Made by a program: the position numbers and the translations under genes
In this document: positions 1 through 6,983 of the stretch, piece after piece
How the letters are laid out: every line of letters begins with the position of its first letter
How positions within the stretch are numbered: position 1 is the first letter of the stretch
Source of the DNA: Chlamydiota bacterium
Lineage (GTDB): Bacteria; Chlamydiota; Chlamydiia; Chlamydiales; SM23-39
Direction of reading: 5' to 3'
Length of the DNA stretch: 16,100 bases
Assembly: GCA_050049995.1 (NCBI GenBank)
Contig: JASFVE010000043.1
Span: 1-16,100, forward strand
The notes under the pieces: generated by a model
Database searches by the model: none
Told to the model about the DNA's origin: nothing
Seen by the model: the letters and a program-made list of their open reading frames with translations, nothing else

Positions 1-1
1 A

Positions 2-202
2 GATCTTGTAAAGAAATATGAAAAGTTAGCAGAATCTCATCCTTTGCTTAGCCTTCCACAAGTCACTCGGGAAATTGATGGGGTTTGGGCTAGGATAGGT
101 AGTATTTCAAATCTTTTGAATTTGCAGAGATTGGAGATAGTTCAGCCAAATAGACTACTAGAAAAATTAAATTTAAATGAAGATTTTCTAAACTGGTGCT
201 AA
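2..202 (+). CDS. 3' end of a hypothetical protein (partial, runs off the left edge); likely paralog of the 544..1119 gene
   Basis: Frame 2 is open from base 2 to TAA at 200-202: DLVKKYEKLAESHPLLSLPQ...RLEIVQPNR...FLNWC*. Its first 16 aa align with GLVVKYSKLAETHRLL in the downstream ORF. Not in the supplied ORF track because the start is outside the window. Confidence 0.7.
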   Translation, partial: DLVKKYEKLAESHPLLSLPQVTREIDGVWARIGSISNLLNLQRLEIVQPNRLLEKLNLNEDFLNWC

Positions 203-263
203 ATTGACCTTAATAATCTAAGAGTAAGTATTCCTATAAAAGAAGGCTTGACAGACGCATAGT

Positions 264-286
264 TTGCTCTCTTTTAGAGGGAGTAA
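264..286 (+). terminator. Possible weak intrinsic terminator hairpin after the leftmost gene
   Basis: TTGCTCTCTT-TTA-GAGGGAGTAA can form a ~10-bp stem with three G-U pairs; followed by an imperfect T-rich tract (TAGTCTTTT). Confidence 0.3.
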
Positions 287-530
287 TAGTCTTTTAGCTA
301 TTTATTAGAAGCTTGGGAAGTGTTTCATAGATCCAGAGTGTCAAAACATTTGACCTGAAAAATCTATTTGAAGCTGAAGAGATCTATGTCCAACTGTCTG
401 CTCTATAAAGATTGCTTTAGGTCCGAGGTTTAGTAAGTTTTTTATTTTTCAAAAATAGTTAGTGATAGAATTTATTTATCAATTTAAAAATAGCATATTT
501 TATATGTAAATAATTGTTTTTTAATAAAAA

Positions 531-536
531 AGAGGT
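531..536 (+). promoter_or_regulatory. Shine-Dalgarno site for ATG 544
   Basis: AGAGGT 7 nt upstream of ATG at 544, at the end of a very AT-rich intergenic tract. Confidence 0.7.
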
Positions 537-543
537 AATCTAT

Positions 544-1119
544 ATGACATCAATTTCAAATATAACCGAAGCTCCTATCGATTTAATGGCCTTAATTGGC
601 GAATTTTCAGGTAATATTGACTTTTTGCCAGCTGTTTCAAATGAATTGGCAGAAAAAAATCTTCATAAAGCAGCGGAAAAGATCTCTACATTAGCTGCTG
701 AGTTAGCTCCCTGTCTTGCTATGAGTTCTTTGCTAGCAGAGGAGGAGTCACTAGGCAATGAAATAACCGACTTAGAGAAAAGGGATAAAGCTCTTGAAGG
801 TCTTGTAGTGAAATACTCTAAGCTTGCTGAAACCCACCGTTTGCTTAAAACTCCGGAAAAAATAAAGCTTTTAAGTGAAGTTAAAAAAGTAGCTAAGACT
901 CTACAGGGTGAAAAAGCAAAGGAGATAATCCTTATTGGTCTTACTAAAAAAATTGTGGTACTTGAGTTAGTCCAAGCTGGGAAATATCAAGAAGCATTAG
1001 AAATGAATAGACAAGTTGTCGAATTTTCAAAAGCAAATACTCTTAATAATATTGCTGAGAATTATAGAGAAGAAGATGTTGAAGATGCATTTACGATAGC
1101 AGATCTAATTGGATCTTAG
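544..1119 (+). CDS. Hypothetical alpha-helical protein (191 aa), possible T3SS effector with TPR-like C-terminal helices
   Basis: ORF 514..1119; ATG 544 with an SD is preferred over TTG 514. Ser/Thr-rich N-terminus (MTSISNITE), amphipathic helical content, TPR-like segments (LVQAGKYQEALEM; EEDVEDAFTIADLI). Its 3' end overlaps the yidD-like gene convergently by 15 bp. Confidence 0.75.
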   Translation: MTSISNITEAPIDLMALIGEFSGNIDFLPAVSNELAEKNLHKAAEKISTLAAELAPCLAMSSLLAEEESLGNEITDLEKRDKALEGLVVKYSKLAETHRLLKTPEKIKLLSEVKKVAKTLQGEKAKEIILIGLTKKIVVLELVQAGKYQEALEMNRQVVEFSKANTLNNIAENYREEDVEDAFTIADLIGS

Positions 1120-1509
1120 TTTTTTGTCTTCCAAGGCAGGATCGAATTTATAAGTACATCCATTGACATCTATCGTTCTATATACCCATGGGTCGGAGTT
1201 TTCTCTCATAAGGCGGTCACACCCCATAACAAACCCTTTTACAAAGCCATATCTTTGAATAGCTAGCTCCATATATTTGGAGCTGGTGGGCCTAAAGTTA
1301 CTTTTAGGTCCATTAGCAGGGGAGATGTTTTTTTGATAAAAGTGAATGACACCATTAGCAATTTTTCTTCCTACAGTTTTTTTTTGCGGAATAGATTGAT
1401 GGGCTTTTTTTTGAAGCAAGATAGTATCTTTTCCCCAAGGTTCCTGAAAAGGTTCTTTGGCAAAAATAAAAATAGGTAGTAGAAGTATGATTAACTTTTT
1501 AAAATCCAT
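1105..1509 (-). CDS. yidD: YidD-like (membrane protein insertion efficiency factor / haemolytic domain) protein with N-terminal signal-like segment
   Basis: HFYQKNISP...NFRPTSSKYMELAIQRYGFVKGFVMGCDRLMR matches the YidD pattern YQxxISP...CRFxPTCSxYxxxAIxxxGxxKG; starts with MDFKKLIILLLPIFIFA. Confidence 0.8.
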   Translation of the reverse strand: MDFKKLIILLLPIFIFAKEPFQEPWGKDTILLQKKAHQSIPQKKTVGRKIANGVIHFYQKNISPANGPKSNFRPTSSKYMELAIQRYGFVKGFVMGCDRLMRENSDPWVYRTIDVNGCTYKFDPALEDKKLRSN

Positions 1510-2443
1510 ATTGCAATGAAAATACAGGAAACAGGCGATAGTGGTTCATAACTGATGAGGCCATTTCTTCGTAGACTCTTTCATTATAGTATCTAGCCTC
1601 TAGTCCTGCCCCGTGAATCCCTCCAAAATACCATCCAAACTCAAAACTTGTAGTTAGCAAACCTGCAGATATTTGACCATTTAAAAAAAAGTGGGTAGCA
1701 GCTCCAATAAACAGTCCATTGATTAAAAAAGAAGTTAAAGCAGCTTTTTTCTGACCTACATATAAATAGCCAGCGCCAGGAATAAAAGCATTTAAAGCTT
1801 TTGCTTTGTTAATAGACTTTTTATTTTTCTCATACGCATCCAGCATTAGCGTAATATCTTCTTTATAGGGAGTATTTTGAGACAAGCATTCTGCTCTTTC
1901 TATATCAGGCTGCATTAAAGCCATAGAAAGATCAATTTTCTCAGCAGTTTTAGGATAGTTCTTTTTTAATAAGTCTAACGCAGTATTTGCTTTATCTAGA
2001 TCGCCTATCTGTAAATAACTGCTATATAAAACGATTAACAAGTCATGAAAAGTCGTGAAAGATTTGTCTATATGATCTAGTTCGGATCTTTCAAAAGTTA
2101 TCACTACATCTTCATATTTTTTCGCAAGAAAATAGCAGAGGATTATATTGTATTGTATTTCTAGCTTTCTAGTTTCCTTTTCTTCCGGGACTAAAATAGA
2201 GGCTCTTTTAAATGTTGATACTGCTCGGTAAAGATCCATTTCTTTTGCAAAAGCAAGAGCAATTAAATATTCTTTTCCCCATTCCTCTCGTTTTTCAGCA
2301 TCAGAGATAGGAGCAAAAGCAGGTTTGAGCTCATCTAGGTATTTTTCTTCTAGTCTATAGTTAATTTGAGGCTGGATTTTATCTTGTACACGATAACAAC
2401 TACAACAAAGTAGTAAAACAAAAAGGCATATCCTATTCATCAT
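1499..2443 (-). CDS. TPR-containing putative lipoprotein with C-terminal TM2-like hydrophobic region
   Basis: Likely start ATG 2443 or 2440 (MMNRICLFVLLLCCSC, lipobox-like), overlapping the cdsC stop. TPR-like helices (DLYRAVSTFKRA; CYFLAKKYEDVV; SYLQIGDLDKA), TM2-like ALNAFIPGAGYLYVG, C-terminus SLQYGF. Confidence 0.8.
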   Translation of the reverse strand: MMNRICLFVLLLCCSCYRVQDKIQPQINYRLEEKYLDELKPAFAPISDAEKREEWGKEYLIALAFAKEMDLYRAVSTFKRASILVPEEKETRKLEIQYNIILCYFLAKKYEDVVITFERSELDHIDKSFTTFHDLLIVLYSSYLQIGDLDKANTALDLLKKNYPKTAEKIDLSMALMQPDIERAECLSQNTPYKEDITLMLDAYEKNKKSINKAKALNAFIPGAGYLYVGQKKAALTSFLINGLFIGAATHFFLNGQISAGLLTTSFEFGWYFGGIHGAGLEARYYNERVYEEMASSVMNHYRLFPVFSLQYGF

Positions 2444-5400
2444 CGTAAGATTTAATCTTTTCCATAGCTTCATCGAACTCTGACTCTAAAACAGGTGCGC
2501 CAGTTTCTTCTCTAAAATAATCTTCTTGTTTTCCTGTAATGTCTTGAAGATCTTCTAAAGAGTTTAAAATATGGGGCCTTAAGAAAATAACAATGTTGTT
2601 AAAGGAATCAACATTATTATTTAAATTGAACGCAGCTCCAATTAATGGGAGACCACCTAAACAAGGAAGGCCGGATTTTTGCCTGTCTTTAGTTTGAGAA
2701 ACTAAGCCAGTTAAGATTAAAAAGTGCTTATTGGGAACATGGAAGGTAGTATCCAAGCTTGTTTTATTGGTTGTTACACCTTGTACATTTCCAACATTGA
2801 GAGTAATGCCACCACCAGTGTCAGTTGAAGACCTAGATAAAGACAAGTTTAAGGTAACTATGTCAGAGTTTCCAAGAACTGGTGTAATTTCCAAATTGGT
2901 ACCGATATCTCGGTATTCAATATTGGTAGTATTAACAACGTTATTTCCTTGGTTGGTGACAAAAGATCCAACAAAAGGGATGTTTTGACCAATAAATAAA
3001 GTCGACTTCTTACTGTCTTGTGCAAACACTTTTGGGGTAGTTACAATAATAGTCTCGCGGTCATTTTGCAGAGCCTTCATTAAGGATCCCATAGAGACAA
3101 AAGAGGCTCCCTTATGGAAAATCACATCTCCTATTGCGCCGAAACTAAATCCACTATTGGCAAAAGGTATCGTAGTTCCTTGAGGTGTATTAGTAGCATT
3201 TATACTTTGAAAGTTAGTAGAAAAAGCATCTGTTGTAGAATTGGCATTACTAATACTTGTAGCCGCTTTATCTTTCCACTTTCCTTTTCCAAGCCAATCT
3301 AGACCAAACTCCAATGAGTTAGAAAGAGAAGTCTCAATGACCAACACTTCAATAAATACTTGCTTTAAGGGAATATCTAAACTTTTAATCAGCTCCCTTA
3401 GTCTTGCTAAAGTTTGAGGGTCAGCTGTACATAAAAGAGAGTTAGTGACTTCAATCCACTGCACAGCATTAATAGCATCTAATAAAACTTGGTTTTGAGG
3501 AACTTTTGATTCTGATAAATCTTTTGCAATAGACCTAAGGGCTGCTCTAATAGATTCTCCTTTATGGTATTGCAATTTGTAGACTAGAAAGCTGGTTTGC
3601 TCACCAGGTTGTATTGTAGGTTCAATATGAGGAGCGATGCCATCAACTACATCTACTTCTCTTAAAAGCCCTTTTACTTTTTCCAGTGTTTGTGGATCAG
3701 CTGTAATGATAAGAGACTTATTAGCCTCTACCCATCTAGCATTATTTAAGGCTTGGTATAAAAGAGGGTCGGAAAGCCCCGTCATTTTTAAATTATCAGC
3801 AAAATCTTCTAACTGCTTTTGTAGTTCAGTTCCGCTTAAATATTTTGGTTTGTAAACAAAGAAGGTCTCACCAGCTGGTCCCATTTCTACTCGACCTGCT
3901 AAGCTTTTGACATCAAACTTTTCTACTAAGGCTTGCGCCTTTTCTAAAGAAGTCGGATCCCCAGTAAACAATAGAGAGTTGGTTTCAGGAACATACTTCA
4001 TGCTCTCTAATGTTTTTAAAAAGTTTTTGTCAGATGTGCCAGATCGTTTTAAGTCTTTTAATATTTGTCTGATAGATGCTTGAATCTGATTTCCTGAAGC
4101 ATTTTTGAGTTTATACAAAAGAAATGTAGTTTTGCCTATTTGTTGAATAGGTCCTTGGGCATTTTCATCATCAATATTTTGTAAAATAACTTGCAGCTTT
4201 TTTATAGCTGAAGGATCTCCAGTAAAGATAAGAGTCTGAGTAGTGTCGGAGTAGCGCATGCTTTTAATCAGATTAACTAAAGCTGAGTCACTTAAGTCTG
4301 ATTTTTTTAAATTTGAAACAAGTTCATTCAGTGATTTTTGCAATAGTTCAGGCGGTAAGAATTTAGGTTTGTACATAAATAAATCTGCCCGCTTACTATC
4401 ATCTCTGATAACGTCAAACTTATTTAAAATTTCTTTTGCCTCTTGTATTGCTTTAGAATCACCTGTAAGCAAAATGGAGTTAGTCTCTCTTACCCATTTT
4501 GCATTGTCCAATACTTTAATTAGCTCACTATCTTTTAGTCCTGTAGATTTTAAGTTGTCTGCAAAACGCTCCAAATCCTCTTCAATTAAAGCGCCAGATA
4601 CATTTTGCAGCTTGTAAAGAAAATAAGCAGAAAAGGATTGTTTCTCTACTTCAGGACTATCAAAAGAGTTTAAAATTTCCTGAACTTGGTTGAGCGCATC
4701 TTGTGTTCCAGAAAACATTAGCGATCTAGACTCAGGTACATAGCGCATAGACCGGATAGCAGCTACTACTGGCTCATTTTTTAGGCCTGATTTGCTTAAG
4801 TTCAGTGTTACTTGCTTTAAGTATTCTTCAGCTCTTTCTCTGCTGACATACTTTAAAGGATGGATCCAGTACGTTGCTTTGGCATACTGAGCTGTTTCTT
4901 TTCCATCAACATCTTGTAAAAGAGCTTCCAACCGTTTTAATGATTCAGGGTCGCCAGTAAATAAAATAGTTTGTGTGGATTTTACATACTTTCCGCTATC
5001 AATAGCTCTTATTAAAGCAGGATCAGATAGTTGTGAATCTTCTAGGTTTTTAGCAAGGTCTTTTAGTGATTCTAAAATCTGATCACCAGTAAGGTAAACA
5101 GGACGGTGAACTAAAAATTGACTACTAATAGGCAGAAGACCATCGACTTGATCAAAACTAGGTAGGAAATTTTGAAGCTTTTGAACTCCACTTTGAGGTC
5201 CTGTAAAAAGCAGGGAATTAGAATCTTTTAAGTATTTCATCGAGTCAATAGTCTCAATAAGATCCTGTTCAATCACATCAGCTTTCTTTAAATCTTTTAC
5301 CATGGAGTTGAGAGCGTCAATAAGACCCTGTGAAGTCGTCTTCTCGATTTTGTACATCCAAAATGTTTTTTGCCTTCCCTTTACGTCACTATCAGAAGCA

Positions 5401-6680
5401 TTGTCAATGCTATTTAAAATCTCTCTGATTTTTTCAAATGTTACGGGGTCGCCAGTAAATAATATTGATTGTGTGGAAGGAATTACCTTTGCATTTTGCA
5501 GTGACTCAATAAGGGTTTGGTCCGTGTATTTAGAAAGGGCTAGATTTTTTGCGTATTCGTCAATGGCCTTTTTTGTGGCTGAAATACTTAAAAATTGAGG
5601 CTTATAAATAAAAAAGCGAGTTGACTCTGAAAAAGCAGCTTTGCCTGGAGCATCTAAACTCAATAGAAACTCTTTTACTTTAGCTAAAGAGGCTGGGCTA
5701 CCCATAAAAAGAATAGAGTTTGTCTCAGGGATAAATTTCTGAGTCTCGATTGTTTCTATAAGGTCTTTATCAAGAACGCCTGATTCTTTTAAAGTACTTG
5801 CAATATTGGAAAGTGCCTTGACAAGCTCCATTGCGTTTTTTTCTTGCGCTTTATAAATAAGAAGATTTTCTCCTTTTACACGCTTACCTTTTGTTTTTGC
5901 GTCTGGCTCTACATCTAAGTTACTGAAAATAGCGATTGCTTTTTCTACAAGTCGAGGCGTTGAAACAATGTAAATTGTGTTGGCGATATCATGTGGCACT
6001 AAAATGAATGGACTTCCTTGAGACAGGGGGGCCATAAGCTGGCTTGCCAAGCTGATTAGATATTCAGGCTGGTTAAAACGAACTTTGTAAGGCTCAATCT
6101 CCAAAGGGGTCTCAGGAGAGTCTAGATTTTCAATAAGGGATTCCACCTTTTCTAGGTTAGTCGTGATGTCTGTTAGGATTATTTGCCTAGTTTCCGGTAA
6201 AACATCTAGAACTGCTTGAGCAGATATCATGGATTGAATAATAGCTGCAATAGACTCTACAGAAGTGTTCTTTACTCGAAATACTTTAGTGATAATAGGA
6301 ATTTCAGGATTAAGCTCTTCGGTAGAAGAAGACACATGCGCTAGTTGCTTTACACTATCTGATTTAGTAATAAGAAGACTTCCTTCTTGCTCTAGTAAGT
6401 TCAATCCATGAATTCTTAGTGTCTGTATTAATGTAGACATTAAGTTTTCACGGGTAATAGGCTCATCGGAAACAACAGTGATAGTTAAATTTGCAAGTTC
6501 ATTTTCATCATAGATGAAATTAGTTTTGCAAATTTTCCCAACAAACTTAACATACTCGAGCAAAGAGACATTTGTGTAGTTAATGGTAAAACCATTTTCC
6601 TGAGCGACTATGCTTTCAGGTAAAGAAAGGGAACTAAAAAAAATAATAGAAAAGATAATTTTACGAAAAACATTTTGCAT
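2433..6680 (-). CDS. cdsC: T3SS outer-membrane secretin CdsC/SctC, greatly elongated (~1415 aa)
   Basis: Signal peptide from ATG 6680 (MQNVFRKIIFSIIFFSSLSLPESIVA), N0 domain (FTINYTNVSLLEYVKFVGKI), N1/N2, ten N3-like repeats, secretin domain (KQVFIEVLVIE; IEYRDIGTNLEITP; SGLPCLGGLPLIGAAF; IVIFLRPHI). Position after pkn5 as CT674. Confidence 0.95.
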   Translation of the reverse strand: MQNVFRKIIFSIIFFSSLSLPESIVAQENGFTINYTNVSLLEYVKFVGKICKTNFIYDENELANLTITVVSDEPITRENLMSTLIQTLRIHGLNLLEQEGSLLITKSDSVKQLAHVSSSTEELNPEIPIITKVFRVKNTSVESIAAIIQSMISAQAVLDVLPETRQIILTDITTNLEKVESLIENLDSPETPLEIEPYKVRFNQPEYLISLASQLMAPLSQGSPFILVPHDIANTIYIVSTPRLVEKAIAIFSNLDVEPDAKTKGKRVKGENLLIYKAQEKNAMELVKALSNIASTLKESGVLDKDLIETIETQKFIPETNSILFMGSPASLAKVKEFLLSLDAPGKAAFSESTRFFIYKPQFLSISATKKAIDEYAKNLALSKYTDQTLIESLQNAKVIPSTQSILFTGDPVTFEKIREILNSIDNASDSDVKGRQKTFWMYKIEKTTSQGLIDALNSMVKDLKKADVIEQDLIETIDSMKYLKDSNSLLFTGPQSGVQKLQNFLPSFDQVDGLLPISSQFLVHRPVYLTGDQILESLKDLAKNLEDSQLSDPALIRAIDSGKYVKSTQTILFTGDPESLKRLEALLQDVDGKETAQYAKATYWIHPLKYVSRERAEEYLKQVTLNLSKSGLKNEPVVAAIRSMRYVPESRSLMFSGTQDALNQVQEILNSFDSPEVEKQSFSAYFLYKLQNVSGALIEEDLERFADNLKSTGLKDSELIKVLDNAKWVRETNSILLTGDSKAIQEAKEILNKFDVIRDDSKRADLFMYKPKFLPPELLQKSLNELVSNLKKSDLSDSALVNLIKSMRYSDTTQTLIFTGDPSAIKKLQVILQNIDDENAQGPIQQIGKTTFLLYKLKNASGNQIQASIRQILKDLKRSGTSDKNFLKTLESMKYVPETNSLLFTGDPTSLEKAQALVEKFDVKSLAGRVEMGPAGETFFVYKPKYLSGTELQKQLEDFADNLKMTGLSDPLLYQALNNARWVEANKSLIITADPQTLEKVKGLLREVDVVDGIAPHIEPTIQPGEQTSFLVYKLQYHKGESIRAALRSIAKDLSESKVPQNQVLLDAINAVQWIEVTNSLLCTADPQTLARLRELIKSLDIPLKQVFIEVLVIETSLSNSLEFGLDWLGKGKWKDKAATSISNANSTTDAFSTNFQSINATNTPQGTTIPFANSGFSFGAIGDVIFHKGASFVSMGSLMKALQNDRETIIVTTPKVFAQDSKKSTLFIGQNIPFVGSFVTNQGNNVVNTTNIEYRDIGTNLEITPVLGNSDIVTLNLSLSRSSTDTGGGITLNVGNVQGVTTNKTSLDTTFHVPNKHFLILTGLVSQTKDRQKSGLPCLGGLPLIGAAFNLNNNVDSFNNIVIFLRPHILNSLEDLQDITGKQEDYFREETGAPVLESEFDEAMEKIKSYDDE
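3375..5864 (-). repeat. Ten tandem ~83-aa secretin N3-like repeats within cdsC
   Basis: Ten recurrences of approximately FxYKxxxxxxxxxxxxLxxxxxxLxxSxxxDxxLxxxIxxxKxxxxTNSLLFTGDPxxLxKxxxxLxxxD, from LLIYKAQE (aa 284 of the listed ORF) to ELIKSLD; 2490 nt in total. Confidence 0.92.
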
Positions 6681-6734
6681 TTTTAAGAAACCATAAAAGC
6701 ATGCGTTTTGCAATTTTGCTGCACTCTTACTAAA

Positions 6735-6763
6735 ATCGTAAAATACTAATCTAATAATTGCAA
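6735..6763 (-). promoter_or_regulatory. Putative sigma66 (sigma70-type) promoter for cdsC
   Basis: Minus strand TTGCAA (6763-6758), 17-nt spacer, TACGAT (6740-6735), about 55 nt upstream of ATG 6680. Confidence 0.55.
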
Positions 6764-6840
6764 TCTTTCATAGAGCTAAAAAAAAAATTACACCTTTTCT
6801 TTTTACTATCATATTTGATTTATTTAAATCACTTTTATTT

Positions 6841-6864
6841 AAAAAACTGAACAATCAGTTTTTT
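6841..6864. terminator. Perfect 10-bp inverted repeat: weak bidirectional terminator or operator between pkn5 and cdsC
   Basis: AAAAAACTGA-ACAA-TCAGTTTTTT, 120 nt downstream of the pkn5 stop. Confidence 0.45.
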
Positions 6865-6983
6865 GTGGGAATTACACGTCAATTCTTTGAAGAATATTTA
6901 ATTGAGATCTTTGTCTTGTTATATTCTTAACACTTTTTTTCAGATAATCTTTAGAGATCAGCCCTTGCACAAAAAACTTTGAT

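Noticed and set aside
514..543. TTG start at 514
   Set aside because: SD AGAGGT lies inside this extension, correctly spaced to ATG 544.
2444..2473. ATG 2473 start of the TPR gene
   Set aside because: Would overlap cdsC by 41 bp; ATG 2443/2440 gives a canonical short lipoprotein-type signal.
2731..5598. Plus-strand ORFs 2731..2988, 3114..3302, 3637..3855, 4258..4617 and 5302..5598
   Set aside because: All antisense shadows inside cdsC with no recognisable motifs.
2433..6680. Calling the secretin a type II secretion GspD
   Set aside because: It is GspD-like in architecture, but sits at the CT674 position of the chlamydial T3SS cluster with no gspE/F/G nearby.
6681..6713. TTG start at 6713 for cdsC
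   Set aside because: ATG 6680 gives a normal-length signal peptide; the extension adds nothing recognisable.
6854..6882. TTGACG on the minus strand (6882-6877) as a -35 element
   Set aside because: No acceptable -10 hexamer at 16-18 nt spacing.
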